Shown: positions 36,157 through 46,464 of the stretch, piece after piece
Layout of the letters: every line of letters starts with the position of its first letter
Numbering within the stretch: position 1 is the stretch's first letter
Source of the DNA: Thermoplasmata archaeon
Lineage (GTDB): Archaea; Thermoplasmatota; Thermoplasmata; Lutacidiplasmatales; UBA184
Assembly: GCA_022750455.1 (NCBI GenBank)
Contig: JAKIVR010000001.1
Span: 26,270-90,269 of the forward strand
Reading direction: 5' to 3'
Length of the DNA stretch: 64,000 bases
The notes under the pieces: model-generated
What the model was told of the DNA's origin: nothing
Seen by the model: the letters and a program-made list of their open reading frames with translations, nothing else
The model's database searches: none
Translations under genes and position numbers: made by a program

Positions 36157-37295
36157 TGTATATCTCGGGAGGCGATAGGGGTGAGATGCCGGCGGACCCC
36201 AACGTTCCGGCCGCCCTGGCTTCCGTGCTTCTCGGGGGAGCGCTCTCGGTCCGGCCCCGCGAGAACGTCATCATCGAGACGTGGCCGCACACCTTGCCGT
36301 ACGCCACCGCGTGCGTCCTCGAAGCCCGGCGTCTCGGAGCCCGTCCGCTGTTGCTCCTCGAAGACGAGGGCACGTTCTGGCAAAGTCCCGAACCGTCGGC
36401 CGGTGCCTCCGCTTGGAGCCGGGCCGGCGCCCATGAGTGGGCGGCCCTCTCCCGGACCCACGCGTACGTCTTCTTCCCCGGCCCGGCCGACCGTCCACGG
36501 TTCGCCGCGCTCGCGGAGGGAACTCGCAAAGCGCTGTTCGTGTCCAACTCGGAGTGGTACGCTAGGGCCCGACGGGCCCGGGTCCGCGGTGTCCGCTCTC
36601 TTCTCGGGTACGCATCCGATTCCCAGGCGTCGTTCTTCCACGTGAACGGCGCCACATGGAGAGGCCAGCTGGTGAAGGGCGCGCTCGCGACGGACCTCCC
36701 CCAGATCGGCCGGGATGCCCGCAAGGTCTCCACCGCTCTGCGCAAAGGCACGGAGCTGCGGATCACCGGTTCCAACGGGTCGGATGTCCGGGCGCGCCTG
36801 AAACATCGTCAGCCGATCATCGATGACGGGCTCGTTGACGCCGAAGACCTCCGGCTCGGCTGGAACATGACCAACTCCCCGGCCGGCCTGGTCGTCGTCG
36901 CCCTCGACGAGCGGAGCGCCGAGGGGGTCCTGGTGGCGAATCGACCGAGCTTCCTCCGCACGGGGCGGCTCGATCAAGGCCAGTGGGAGTTTCAAAAGGG
37001 GCGCCTCGGCAACGCGTGGTTCGCGGAGGGGAAGGAGACGTTCGACACCGGGTACGCGAACGCCCCCCCGGGGAAGGACGTCGTCGGGCTTTTTTCCATC
37101 GGGCTGAACCCGGCGGTCGCCCCGGGCGTCCCCCGCGTCGAGGATCACGAGGCCGGATCGATCACGATCGGGATCGGCGGGAACTCGGACTCCGGGGGAT
37201 CGAACCGATGCCCGTACCTGTCGTGGATCGTCCTCGGCGAGGCGACCGTCGCCGTCGATGGCGTTCCGGTCGTGGACCGGGGCCACGTCCTCTGA
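36156..37295 (+). CDS. M29-family aminopeptidase (AmpS/PepS-like)
   Basis: The C-terminal half (GLFSIGLNPAV...GSITIGIGGNSDSGGSNRCPYLSWIVLGEATVAVDGVPVVDRGHVL) has the M29 block pattern. The MYISGG start overlaps the upstream stop; a second ATG at 36186 has a GGAGG SD. Confidence 0.55.
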   Translation: MYISGGDRGEMPADPNVPAALASVLLGGALSVRPRENVIIETWPHTLPYATACVLEARRLGARPLLLLEDEGTFWQSPEPSAGASAWSRAGAHEWAALSRTHAYVFFPGPADRPRFAALAEGTRKALFVSNSEWYARARRARVRGVRSLLGYASDSQASFFHVNGATWRGQLVKGALATDLPQIGRDARKVSTALRKGTELRITGSNGSDVRARLKHRQPIIDDGLVDAEDLRLGWNMTNSPAGLVVVALDERSAEGVLVANRPSFLRTGRLDQGQWEFQKGRLGNAWFAEGKETFDTGYANAPPGKDVVGLFSIGLNPAVAPGVPRVEDHEAGSITIGIGGNSDSGGSNRCPYLSWIVLGEATVAVDGVPVVDRGHVL

Positions 37296-37348
37296 TCCCT
37301 CGCCGAGCGAACGCCTCTGTCATCTGCGACGACCCGCTCGGGCGAATC

Positions 37349-37942
37349 GTGACCGATCCTCCCTCCCGCCGTGGGCTCCCCCCGACGGCCGGCGATCGGT
37401 GGCGACGCGGGGCGTTCGATCGACCGACGGTGCGGGTCGCGCGCGAGCTGCTCGGCGCTTGGCTCGTCGTCCGCCAGGGCCAGCGCAGGCTCTCGGCCCG
37501 GATCGTGGAGACGGAGGCGTACGTCGCGCGGGACGCGGCGAGCCACACGTTCCGAGGACCGACCCGTCGCAACCGGTCCATGTTCGGGCCGCCGGGAACG
37601 CTGTACGTGTACCGCATCCATCAGGTCGTCTGCGCGAACGTGGTCACCCAGCCCGGTCAGGCCGTGTTGCTCCGCGCCGCGGAACCCGGCCCGGGTCTCC
37701 GGGGGGATACCCGAGGCCCTGGACGGCTGTGCCGCACCCTCGGGATCACGCTCCTCGATGACGGCTCCGATGTGGTCCACGGACGGGTCGAGGTGAGGAG
37801 CGGAGCCCGCCGGACCGAGCGGATCGTGGTCGGGCCCCGGGTAGGGATCTCCCGTGGGGCGCGTCGGAGACTTCGCTACGCTCTCGACGGGAACCGGTGG
37901 GTCTCGTTGCCTCGACCGAGGCGGGTGCGCCCTACCGCTTGA
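37349..37942 (+). CDS. mpg: DNA-3-methyladenine glycosylase (Mpg/AAG family)
   Basis: [18 protein letters not shown]...[41 protein letters not shown]...LLRAAEP matches the Mpg family. GTG start. Confidence 0.8.
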   Translation: MTDPPSRRGLPPTAGDRWRRGAFDRPTVRVARELLGAWLVVRQGQRRLSARIVETEAYVARDAASHTFRGPTRRNRSMFGPPGTLYVYRIHQVVCANVVTQPGQAVLLRAAEPGPGLRGDTRGPGRLCRTLGITLLDDGSDVVHGRVEVRSGARRTERIVVGPRVGISRGARRRLRYALDGNRWVSLPRPRRVRPTA

Positions 37943-38096
37943 GCTTCGCCCAGCTGTACGAGCGCCGCCGGGCCGTGTCACCGAACCCGCACGAGGAGCA
38001 GACCTCGTGTTGGCGGTGGAACGAATGGCTGCCACACCGGCGGCAGCGGATGTGCACGATCTTCCCGCCGCGGCGGGATGGAGTACCCTTTCCCAT
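37932..38096 (-). CDS. rpl37e: 50S ribosomal protein L37e
   Basis: [54 protein letters not shown] is 54 aa with CxxC...CxxC. It is under 60 aa and so absent from the track. A GGGAG lies 8 nt upstream of the ATG. Confidence 0.85.
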   Translation of the reverse strand: MGKGTPSRRGGKIVHIRCRRCGSHSFHRQHEVCSSCGFGDTARRRSYSWAKLKR

Positions 38097-38114
38097 GAGC
38101 TTCTCCCGCGAAAC

Positions 38115-38327
38115 CTAGGGGGATATGAAGACAATGCTGTCGCCGCGGACCAGGAGAACCCCCGGGCGGGAGGTGACCTCCTCCTGCGCGACCTCTTCCG
38201 CGGCCGAGAGCACCAGGTTCAGGTGCTGGTCGAACGCATCGAGCACCCCTCGGATCGATCGACCGCCCCGAAGCTCGACCAGGACGCGCTTGTGGAGGCT
38301 CTGCTGGAGGAGATCGAGGGGCCGCAT
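38115..38327 (-). CDS. Sm-like archaeal protein (SmAP/LSm)
   Basis: MRPLDLLQQSLHKRVLVELRGGRSIRGVLDAFDQHLNLVLSAAEEV carries the Sm1 and Sm2 motifs. It is directly followed by rpl37e, the conserved archaeal Sm-L37e pair. Confidence 0.85.
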   Translation of the reverse strand: MRPLDLLQQSLHKRVLVELRGGRSIRGVLDAFDQHLNLVLSAAEEVAQEEVTSRPGVLLVRGDSIVFISP

Positions 38328-38356
38328 GGCAACGAAGGGTTCACCGGAATCCGTGG

Positions 38357-38366
38357 CTTAACGGTT
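38357..38366 (-). promoter_or_regulatory. AACCGTTAAG TATA-like element about 30 nt upstream of the Sm gene, overlapping the kinase stop codon
   Basis: The minus strand reads GAAACCGTTAAGCCACGG. The same 10-mer occurs upstream of rps15. Confidence 0.4.
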
Positions 38367-39113
38367 TCTCGGGGGGGATCCGAGCGCGCCCCTCCAGAGG
38401 AAGTCGAGCACGCGGCGCTCTTCGGAGGGACGTACCGGGGGGAGGGTGTCCGACGCGAGCCGTCGAAGAAGTCGGGTTGCCAGGACCTCCGGGGCGGGAC
38501 CCGCTCGCACGGTCCAGACGCGTCCCGGGGCGAGGCGGGGGACCGTCCGCAGCCAGAACGTCCGTTCGGTCCGTCCGATCTGGGCGTGCCGTTCCCTCCA
38601 CGCCTCGGGATGTGTCGTCGACGAGATCCGGGCGCGTTTCGTCGAGAGCGTCGGCGACGCCTTCAAGAAGACGTGGACGTCGGCGAGTCCGAGGGACCCG
38701 ACCCGACCGCGCGGCAACTGGCCCCGAACGTCCCACTCGGGTCCCCAGATCTCCCCGAGCCCCCGGACGTACGTGAGAGGTCCGAGTACCCCCGTATCCA
38801 GGATCACGGATCGTCCCGATCGCTGCCACCGTCGGGCCCGGGCGAACCGACGGGATTCCTCGCGGAGCAGATCCGCTTCCAGCCGGCGGAGCCGCGCCGG
38901 GGTCGGGATCGCCAAGGAGCGCCGGGGTCGCTGCCCCCACCACGCCTCTTCGAGCAACGGCCAACCGGTCCGCGTCGAAAGTTCCCGAGCGAGGGTGCTC
39001 TTCCCCGCGCCCGACACCCCTTCGATCGCCAGGAGCACCGGACGAGGGGGAACGGCGATCGAGGGATTCGCCCGACGGGAATCTTCGCGATCCACCGGCG
39101 TCCGCTTCTTCAA
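38358..39113 (-). CDS. P-loop nucleotide/nucleoside kinase-like protein
   Basis: Walker A LLAIEGVSGAGKSTLAREL, then DTGVLGP. 251 aa; the precise family is undetermined. Confidence 0.5.
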   Translation of the reverse strand: MKKRTPVDREDSRRANPSIAVPPRPVLLAIEGVSGAGKSTLARELSTRTGWPLLEEAWWGQRPRRSLAIPTPARLRRLEADLLREESRRFARARRWQRSGRSVILDTGVLGPLTYVRGLGEIWGPEWDVRGQLPRGRVGSLGLADVHVFLKASPTLSTKRARISSTTHPEAWRERHAQIGRTERTFWLRTVPRLAPGRVWTVRAGPAPEVLATRLLRRLASDTLPPVRPSEERRVLDFLWRGALGSPPRNR

Positions 39114-39181
39114 TCGGGAGCTCCTAGTTCGAGCCGAACACCGCCCGTCGCCTTATTCCTCTCGCTCCCTTCGACCCGAAC

Positions 39182-40513
39182 GTGACCCAGAACGAGTCGG
39201 CCCGCCTCGCCCGACTGGTCGCTCAATATCGACCGCGCGTCCTGGAGGCCACCACGGCGGGCGAGGTCGTCGTCGAGCTGGCGCGTACCCGTTCCGATCC
39301 GGAAGGCGTGGGACTCATGGCCCCGAAGGGTCGAACTCTTCTCGTTCGTCTCGACGACGTACCGCTGAAGGCCGCGCCGCTGCTCAAACAGGAGATGCTC
39401 AGCGTCGGGGCGGACGCCGCCCACGCCCGCGGCATCGCCGACCACTCCGTGGCGCACACCCCGGCGGTGCTGATCGGCACCCCCGGGCAGTATCGGCGGC
39501 TCGCGACGAAGCTCCGTCGACAGCCGTTCCGACTCTCGGAGATCGGCGAGGCGGTCGAAGCCGCGATCGACCGGTTCTCCGCCCGTCCTCCGGAATCGTT
39601 GCGAGGCGTGCATCGACCGATTCCGTTGGGGGACCGCACCCGCGTCATGGGCGTGGTGAACGTCACCCCCGACTCGTTCTTCGACGGCGGAGTCCACCTT
39701 GAACCGACGGAGGCCGTCGCCCACGCGCTCCGTCTGGTCGCGGAAGGCGCGGACCTCCTGGACGTCGGCGGGGAGTCTACGCGCCCGGGGGCGGCGAGCG
39801 TGTCGGCCCGGGCGGAGCTCCGCCGCATCGGGCCCGTCCTCGAGGCGTTGCGGGACGCCTCTCCCGTACCGGTCTCGGTCGACACCCGCAAGGCGGAGGT
39901 CGCGAAGGCGGCGCTCGACCTCGGGGCGGACCTCGTGAATGATGTCGAGGCCCTCCACCAACCGGCGATGCGTCGACTGATCGTCCGCACCGGAGCTCCG
40001 GCGATCCTGATGCACATGCGGGGAACGCCCCCGACGATGCAGCGGGACACGAAGTATGACGATCTGCGGGACGAGATCTACGGATCGCTCGCCGTCTCCG
40101 TGGCGACGGCGATCGAGGAGGGGGTCGGGCCCGAGCAGTTGCTCATCGATCCTGGGCTCGGGTTTGGGAAGTCCGGAGAACAGAACTTGGAGCTCCTGCA
40201 CCATCTGGGAGAGTTCCGCTCCTTGGGGTATCCGATCGTCGTGGGAGCGTCTCGCAAATCCTTTCTCGGCACGGCGCTGGGCCACGCCCCGCCGGAGGAC
40301 CGGTTGGAGGCTGGGATCGCGGCGGCCGTGCTGGCGGCCCGGGAAGGCGCCTCGATCGTTCGAGTCCACGACGTCCGACCGACGGTGCGCGCCATGCGGC
40401 TCGTCGACGCGGTCCGTCGTGGAGGCTGGGAGTCTGCCGACGGCACCCCACGAGCTCCGGCGCGTCGCGCCAGCACCCGTCGCGCGCGACCGGGTCGGTC
40501 GGGCGCGGCCTGA
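39182..40513 (+). CDS. folP: Dihydropteroate synthase (pterin-binding) with a 145-aa N-terminal extension domain
   Basis: VMGVVNVTPDSFFDGG (DHPS signature), DLLDVGGESTRPGA and LLIDPGLGFGK are present. The N-terminal domain is of unknown function. Confidence 0.75.
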   Translation: MTQNESARLARLVAQYRPRVLEATTAGEVVVELARTRSDPEGVGLMAPKGRTLLVRLDDVPLKAAPLLKQEMLSVGADAAHARGIADHSVAHTPAVLIGTPGQYRRLATKLRRQPFRLSEIGEAVEAAIDRFSARPPESLRGVHRPIPLGDRTRVMGVVNVTPDSFFDGGVHLEPTEAVAHALRLVAEGADLLDVGGESTRPGAASVSARAELRRIGPVLEALRDASPVPVSVDTRKAEVAKAALDLGADLVNDVEALHQPAMRRLIVRTGAPAILMHMRGTPPTMQRDTKYDDLRDEIYGSLAVSVATAIEEGVGPEQLLIDPGLGFGKSGEQNLELLHHLGEFRSLGYPIVVGASRKSFLGTALGHAPPEDRLEAGIAAAVLAAREGASIVRVHDVRPTVRAMRLVDAVRRGGWESADGTPRAPARRASTRRARPGRSGAA

Positions 40514-40957
40514 TCAGGCCGGCCCCTTCAACTTCGTGGAGATCTCCACGACGTTTCCGTCCGGGTCCCTCAGGATCGCATTGCGAACGCCCATCATCGG
40601 CCGGTCCGTCGGCGGCGAGAAGAACTTCCTCCCGGCGTCGGAGATCCGACGGTACGCCGCATCGACGTCCGGGACCTGGATGGCGAACACCACGGTCCCT
40701 CCCGGCCCGACGTCGAGCGGGGGCGCGTCGGCGCCGTGGACCTTCGCATAGAATCCCTTCTCGAGCAGTACCAGCCGAACCCCGCTCGACTGGAACTCGG
40801 CCCACGGGGGAGAGCCGTCCGTCTCCGTCGCCAGCCCGATCGTGTCGTGGTAGAATCCGAACGAGGCCGCGAAGTCCGCGCAGACGACCAGGGGTCCGTA
40901 GAGAATGCCAGCCGCCGGGCTCGCCATGCTGTTCACGATCGGGTCCGAGTATTTCAT
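40514..40957 (-). CDS. VOC/glyoxalase-family protein, about 147 aa
   Basis: The C-terminal 147 aa of the track ORF (MKYSDPIVNS...HDTIGLATETDG...GNVVEIS) has the beta-alpha-beta-beta-beta pattern of the VOC superfamily. The upstream 200 aa of the ORF are spurious. Confidence 0.5.
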   Translation of the reverse strand: MKYSDPIVNSMASPAAGILYGPLVVCADFAASFGFYHDTIGLATETDGSPPWAEFQSSGVRLVLLEKGFYAKVHGADAPPLDVGPGGTVVFAIQVPDVDAAYRRISDAGRKFFSPPTDRPMMGVRNAILRDPDGNVVEISTKLKGPA

Positions 40958-41075
40958 CCCAGTAGCCCCCGAATCGGAGCGGAGCGCCCGAGTTCCCCCG
41001 CCGTCCCGCCGCCCCGTCTCGGCCCGCCCACGTCCGGTGTCAAGTAGCTCGAAGGAATCGACCCTCGACTCCTCC

Positions 41076-42413
41076 ATGGCGCAGCGATCCAGGACGAGCT
41101 TGGAGCTCCCTCTCGCGACCGCGCGGCGGTTCGTCCTCGATGCGCAACGGTTCCCGAAGCGCGCGCCTCCGCGGCGTCCGACCAAGGGGGAGATCCTGCG
41201 CTTGGTCGAACATCTCGGGTACGTCCAGCTGGATCCCACCAGCATCGTCGCCCGGAGCCACCTTCTCGTCCTCTGGAGCCGCCTCGGGCCGTACGATCCC
41301 CGGTGGGTGGACGAGCTGCTGGAGAAGGACAAGCAGCTGTTCGAATACTGGGCCCACGAGGCGTCGATCGTCCCGACCTCGGACCTGCCGTACCACCGGT
41401 TCCTGATGCGGAGATATCCGTGGGAACGGGGCCCGTATGGCGTTCGGATCCGCCGGTGGATGAAGCGGAACGCGCCGCTCCGCCGGGAGGTGCTCGCCCG
41501 ATTGCGCTCGGACGGCGCCCTGCCCCTCCACGCGTTCGCCGGCCGATCCCCGTCGGGATGGACGTCGAGGGAGAGGGACACCGGACGGAACGTGCAGCAG
41601 ATGCTGTTCGTCCTCTGGCTCCAAGGTCGGGTCGCCGTGCCTCGCCGGGAGTCGGGCCGGCGGTGGTGGGACCTCGCCGAACGTCACTATCCACCGGAGC
41701 CGAAGGGAGGCGCCCTGAGCCACCGGGCGGGGGCCTTGGGGACCGTGGACCGGGCGTTGCAAGCCCTGGGCGTGGCGACGGAGCGTCAGATCGCGCACTA
41801 CTCGATGTCGAATCGATTTCCCCACGTGGGCCGGGTGATCGAGCGCCTCACGTCGGAGGGCGCCCTGACCCCGACGACCCTGACCGGCGGACGCCGGCCG
41901 GTGAAGGGGCGCTGGTTCGTCCGGACGAAGGATCTCCCCCGCCTCACGTCCGGCGAGTTCGATCGACCGTGGCGGCGCGCCACCCTGCTCTCCCCGTTCG
42001 ACAGCTTGATCACGAACCGGGAGCGCACCGAGACGCTCTTCGGGCTGCGGTACCGGATCGAGATCTACACGCCGGCGGCGAAGCGGGTGCACGGGTACTA
42101 CGCGATGCCCGTGCTCGTCGGCGACCGTCTGGTCGGGACCGTGGAACCGGTCTTCGATCGGCGTCGGAACGTTCTGCAGGTCCCTCAGGGACACGAGAGC
42201 TCCGAGGAGGCGGGGGAGCGCAGTTCGGGAGCGGGCGTCGATCGGGCCGTGCGGGGCCTCGCCGACTTCCTCGGGGCGGATCGGGTGGAGTACGGACGCC
42301 GGTTCCCGGCGGCCTGGCGGGGCCATCTCGTCAGCGGACCGCTCGGGCGCCGCCCGGCGCGCGCCTCGCCCGTCGTCACTCCACGTCGTCGGGGAGGTCT
42401 TGCTCCAGGATGA
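41076..42413 (+). CDS. AlkZ/YcaQ-like winged-helix DNA glycosylase (DUF1006, HTH_42)
   Basis: The block TLLSPFDSLITNRERTETLFGLRYRIEIYTPAAKRVHGYYAMPVLVGDRLVGTVEP matches the YcaQ/AlkZ C-terminal catalytic region. Start set at MAQRSRTSLELPL. Confidence 0.55.
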   Translation: MAQRSRTSLELPLATARRFVLDAQRFPKRAPPRRPTKGEILRLVEHLGYVQLDPTSIVARSHLLVLWSRLGPYDPRWVDELLEKDKQLFEYWAHEASIVPTSDLPYHRFLMRRYPWERGPYGVRIRRWMKRNAPLRREVLARLRSDGALPLHAFAGRSPSGWTSRERDTGRNVQQMLFVLWLQGRVAVPRRESGRRWWDLAERHYPPEPKGGALSHRAGALGTVDRALQALGVATERQIAHYSMSNRFPHVGRVIERLTSEGALTPTTLTGGRRPVKGRWFVRTKDLPRLTSGEFDRPWRRATLLSPFDSLITNRERTETLFGLRYRIEIYTPAAKRVHGYYAMPVLVGDRLVGTVEPVFDRRRNVLQVPQGHESSEEAGERSSGAGVDRAVRGLADFLGADRVEYGRRFPAAWRGHLVSGPLGRRPARASPVVTPRRRGGLAPG

Positions 42414-42546
42414 GCGCCCCCGAGTAGCCGCACGCCTCGCAGACGTAGCGCGGTCCGAGGATCCCCCCGAGGATCGGGGAGATCTGCGTCGACTGGCAGC
42501 TCGGGCAGATCTTGATCGTCTTATGTTTCGCCCGGCGGTGAACCAT
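42376..42546 (-). pseudogene. Small 4-Cys zinc-ribbon gene interrupted by a 1-nt frameshift in a G-run (possibly a sequencing error)
   Basis: The ATG-initiated frame reads [22 protein letters not shown] and then degenerates. The -1 frame continues SPILGGILGPRYVCEACGYSGALILEQDLPDDVE to a stop. Removing one G from cggggagg (about 42474-42480) gives a clean 56-aa CPSC...CEAC protein. It overlaps the 3' end of gyrA. Confidence 0.5.
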
Positions 42547-45085
42547 CGTCGTCCCCCTTCGGCTCGGGCTCGTCGTCCGTCGGTGCCTCCGCCTCGGGCT
42601 CCGTGGGGGCGGCCGGCGTCGCCAGGGCGGCCTCCGCCGGTGGGTCGAGCGCCGCGACGTCCTTCACCGCATCGTTCGGCTCCAACCGGATGATCCGAAC
42701 GCCCATGGTGTTCCGGCCCTGGGAGCGGATCCCATCGACCGGGACGCGGATCGTGATGCCGTCCTGGGTCGTCACGAGCGCCTCTTGGTCCGGGGTGACC
42801 GGCAGCACCGCCACCACGTCGCCGTTCCGCCCGCCGGTCCGGATCGTCCGGACGCCCCGGGCCCCGCGCCGGGTCCGGCGGTAGTCCGCGAACTTGCTCC
42901 GCTTGCCAAAGCCCGTGGTGGTGAGGGTCAACAGGTCGGGCAGCTCGGCGGTCGCCGGGGCCATCGTCACGACCCGGTCCGTCGCGGGGTCCTTCAGGCG
43001 GACGCCGATGACCCCGTATGTCGCGCGCCCGGTCGGACGCACTTCGCTGAGCGGGAACCGGACCAACAGGCCGGAGGCGGTGGCGAGGATGACCTCCACG
43101 TCGTCCTGCGGCAGCAGGGCGACGTTCACGAGCTCGTCCTTCTCCTCGAGGAGGATCGCCTGGATCCCGTTCGTCCGGATGTTCTGGAACTGGTCGAGGG
43201 TCGTTCGCTTGACGAACCCCTGGCGGGTCGCGAAGAGGAGGCTGCCGCCGGTCGCGAGGTCCCGGATCGGAAGCAACGTCTGGACCTTCTCGTTCTCGAG
43301 CAGCTTCGGGAGGAGGTTGACGACCGCCTTGCCCTTCGAGTGGCGGCTTCCCTCGGGGAGCTCGTACGCCTTCAGCCGGTAGACGCGGCCGAGCGTGGTG
43401 AAGAAGAGGATGTTGTCGTGCGTCCGGGTGACGAACGTGCCGGTCACGAAGTCCTCCTCCTTCGTCTCCATCTGGATGAGCCCCTTGCCGCCCCGCCGCT
43501 GGCGGCGGTACTGGTCGAGCGGGAGGCGCTTGACGTAGCCGGAGTTCGTGACGAGCACGACGACGTCGGTGTCGGGGATCAGGTCCTCGAGCGTCCTCTC
43601 GGTGAATCCCGGGACGACCTTCGTCCGCCGGGGGTCGTTGAACTTCTGCTTGATCTCCTGCAGCTCGACGACGATCAGCGCATCGAGCTCCTTCGGGGAG
43701 GCGAGGATCGCCGTGAGGCGCTTGATCAGCTCCTCCTTCTCCTTCGCCTCCTTCTCGATCGACTCGCGTTCGAGGCCGGTGAGGCGCGAAAGTCGCATGT
43801 CCAGGATCGCCTTCGCCTGCTCCGTCGAGAGCAGGAACTTGCCCATCAGCGCCGTCTCGGCCGTGGCGACGTCCTTGGACTTACGGATGATCCGGACGAC
43901 CTCATCGATGTGGTCGAGGGCGACGAGGAACCCTTCGAGGAGGTGCTTGCGCTCCTGGGCCCGGGCGAGATCGAACTTGGTCCGTCGCGTGATGACCGTC
44001 CGGCGCTCCGTGAGGTGGAGCTGGAGGAGCTCGGCGAACGGTAGCACCTTCGGGCGGCCGTCGACGAGGCAGAGGTTGATGACGCCGAACGCCGCCTCGA
44101 GCGGGGTGTGCTCGTACAGCCGGTTGAGGACGATCTCCGCGGGCGCGTCCCGCCGCAGCTCGAGAACGATGGAGATGCCGTGCCGGTCGGACTCGTCCCG
44201 AAGGTCGGTGATGCCGTCGATCCGCTTCGCCTTGACGAGCTCCGCGATGAGCTGGAGCAGGCTCGACTTGTTGACCTCGTACGGGATCTCGGTGATGACG
44301 ATCTCGTCGCGCCCGTCCCGCTCCCGCGTCTCCGCCTTCCCGCGGATGCGCAGCATGCCGCGGCCGGTCGCGTAGACCTCGTGGAGGCTGGTGTCGGCGG
44401 CGACCAGCCCTCCGGTCGGGAAATCCGGTCCGGGGACGAGCTGGAGCAGCTCCTCGACGGTCGCCTCGGGCTTCCGGAGGACGAGGAGGAGCGCGTCGAC
44501 GATCTCCCCGAGGTTGTGGGGCGGCATGTTCGTCGCCATGCCGACGGCAATTCCGGCCGAACCGTTCACGAGCAGGTTCGGGAGCTTCGTCGGGAGCGTC
44601 AGCGGCTCCTTCAGCGTCCCATCGAAATTGTCGGTCCAGTCGACGGTCTCCTTCTCGATGTCCGTGAGCATGTCGTCGGCGATGGCGGCGAGGCGCGCCT
44701 CGGTGTACCGCATGGCGGCCGGCGGGTCGCCATCGATGGAGCCGAAGTTCCCCTGCCCGTCGATGAGCGGATAGCGCATGGAGAACAGCTGGCCCATCCG
44801 GACCAGCGCGTCGTACACCGACTGGTCGCCGTGCGGGTGGTACTTGCCGAGCACCTCTCCGACGGCGCGGGCGGACTTGCGGTACGGCTTGTCGTGGGTG
44901 ACCCCGCTCTCCCACATCGCCCAGAGGATGCGCCGGTGGACCGGCTTCAGGCCGTCCCGGCCGTCGGGGAGCGCCCGTCCGATGATGACGCTCATGGCGT
45001 ACTCGAGGTACGAGGTGTGGATCTCGCGCTCCAGCGGCTGCTCCCGGAGGCGGGAGTCCTTCACGAGCTCGACCTCGGGGCTCAT
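42521..45085 (-). CDS. gyrA: DNA gyrase subunit A
   Basis: [57 protein letters not shown]..., the active-site Tyr region, and C-terminal beta-pinwheel repeats; 853 aa. The track ORF carries a spurious 321-aa Arg/Gly-rich N-terminal extension. No gyrB is adjacent. Confidence 0.9.
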   Translation of the reverse strand: MSPEVELVKDSRLREQPLEREIHTSYLEYAMSVIIGRALPDGRDGLKPVHRRILWAMWESGVTHDKPYRKSARAVGEVLGKYHPHGDQSVYDALVRMGQLFSMRYPLIDGQGNFGSIDGDPPAAMRYTEARLAAIADDMLTDIEKETVDWTDNFDGTLKEPLTLPTKLPNLLVNGSAGIAVGMATNMPPHNLGEIVDALLLVLRKPEATVEELLQLVPGPDFPTGGLVAADTSLHEVYATGRGMLRIRGKAETRERDGRDEIVITEIPYEVNKSSLLQLIAELVKAKRIDGITDLRDESDRHGISIVLELRRDAPAEIVLNRLYEHTPLEAAFGVINLCLVDGRPKVLPFAELLQLHLTERRTVITRRTKFDLARAQERKHLLEGFLVALDHIDEVVRIIRKSKDVATAETALMGKFLLSTEQAKAILDMRLSRLTGLERESIEKEAKEKEELIKRLTAILASPKELDALIVVELQEIKQKFNDPRRTKVVPGFTERTLEDLIPDTDVVVLVTNSGYVKRLPLDQYRRQRRGGKGLIQMETKEEDFVTGTFVTRTHDNILFFTTLGRVYRLKAYELPEGSRHSKGKAVVNLLPKLLENEKVQTLLPIRDLATGGSLLFATRQGFVKRTTLDQFQNIRTNGIQAILLEEKDELVNVALLPQDDVEVILATASGLLVRFPLSEVRPTGRATYGVIGVRLKDPATDRVVTMAPATAELPDLLTLTTTGFGKRSKFADYRRTRRGARGVRTIRTGGRNGDVVAVLPVTPDQEALVTTQDGITIRVPVDGIRSQGRNTMGVRIIRLEPNDAVKDVAALDPPAEAALATPAAPTEPEAEAPTDDEPEPKGDDDGSPPGET

Positions 45086-46464
45086 GGGGCGGTCCCTCCG
45101 ATCTGGCCGGCGACGACCTTCTCGGCGGCCTCGAGGAAACTTTGCCGCGAGCCGGCCGGGATGGTCGCCCCAGCGGCGACGCGGTGACCGCCCCCCTCGC
45201 CCTTCACGGAACGCGCCGCCTCGCGGCACGCCACGGAGAGGTCGAGCCCCTGCTCCACGAGCCACGTCGTCGCCCGGGAGGAGACCTTCATCTGGGTCGA
45301 GGACTCCGCCGCGATCCCGAAGACCGGATGCCGAGGATTGAGCAGGTAGTTCGCCGCGAACCCGGCCTGCGCGCCGGCGAGCGTCGACTCGTGGCTCTCG
45401 AACCAGTAGATGGAACCGAGTCGCTGCGGGCCCTCCAGCTCGAGTCGTCGGAGCCCGCTCATCACCCCCGTCCGCCACTGAGCCTCGGCCGCCTTCGCCT
45501 GGTGGAGAGCCGTGGGGTCCCCGAGCGCCAGCGAGATCCCGAGACCCGGCTCCCCGATGCGTCCGACCGAGTTCTGCAGGTTCGAGAGGTCCTCGGCGTC
45601 GAACTTCGGGTGCTCGGTGGTCCACGCCTCCCGACGAACCATGTGCACGAACTCGGGTCTCGCCCCTTGTTCTTGTAGCCGTCGCTCCAGTTCGGCCGCC
45701 AGGCGCTCCGTCCCTTCTTTTGACAGCGCCTCCGGGGCGACGGCAGGGTCGATCTCGAGCGAACGAAGGAGCGCCGTACACGCCTCCAAGTTGCCCGAGA
45801 GCCCCCGGAAGTACGGGTCCACGCTCCGCTCGATCGCGTCGGCGATGGTCGGGCCCCGGACGGCGAGGGCGGCCCGGGGGTGCAGGAGACCACGCTCGGT
45901 CGCCTCCTTCACGAGTCGGCCGCTCAGCCCTTGGAACCCTCCGACGTTCTGGCGGTCGGCGATCCCCCCGGAGAGACCCCACGGCGCGTTGTCCCAATTC
46001 TTCGGATCGAGGAAGATCGTGAACAGCCACGTGAGCGTGGCGCCGCACAGCTCGCTCATCCCGTCGACCCCCCAGTTCAACGGGTTCACGTATGCGACGT
46101 GCGCCGGCAGCTCGCCGGGGAACGGAGGGGCCTTGTGGTGGTCGAGTACGATGACGGGGTGAGCGTGCTTCGCGAACGCATCGAGCCAGCTCGCCCCCGT
46201 ATCGATGACCCAGACGGGGCCGGGGGTCGCGTGGAGGAGCTCCTCGATCTTGCCGCGCTCCACGCCGAGGAGCGGCGTCGCCTGCGCCGGATAGCCGAGA
46301 CGTCCCAGGGCGCGCACCGCGGACGACGCGCCCGCGATCCCATCCCCGTCGTAATGGTAGATGATGCGCCAGCGACCGGGGTGGGTGAGAAGGAGCTCTC
46401 GCGCCCGGTCGAACTCCCGGGCGTACTGTGGGTGGCTGACGAAACTCTCGGGCCCCGAGGGCAT
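45082..46464 (-). CDS. Archaeal RecJ-like DHH/DHHA1 phosphoesterase (RecJ/Cdc45/GAN-like)
   Basis: [22 protein letters not shown] and GGGHRVAAG (DHHA1) are present. Start at MPSGPESF (M134 of the track ORF) overlaps the rps15 stop as TGATG. Confidence 0.75.
   Translation of the reverse strand: MPSGPESFVSHPQYAREFDRARELLLTHPGRWRIIYHYDGDGIAGASSAVRALGRLGYPAQATPLLGVERGKIEELLHATPGPVWVIDTGASWLDAFAKHAHPVIVLDHHKAPPFPGELPAHVAYVNPLNWGVDGMSELCGATLTWLFTIFLDPKNWDNAPWGLSGGIADRQNVGGFQGLSGRLVKEATERGLLHPRAALAVRGPTIADAIERSVDPYFRGLSGNLEACTALLRSLEIDPAVAPEALSKEGTERLAAELERRLQEQGARPEFVHMVRREAWTTEHPKFDAEDLSNLQNSVGRIGEPGLGISLALGDPTALHQAKAAEAQWRTGVMSGLRRLELEGPQRLGSIYWFESHESTLAGAQAGFAANYLLNPRHPVFGIAAESSTQMKVSSRATTWLVEQGLDLSVACREAARSVKGEGGGHRVAAGATIPAGSRQSFLEAAEKVVAGQIGGTAP

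Noticed and set aside
45085-46048. 321-aa N-terminal extension of the gyrA ORF (track start 46048)
   Set aside because: Arg/Gly-rich and out of character for GyrA. The conserved GyrA N-terminus begins at MSPEVEL, where an ATG overlaps the DHH gene stop.
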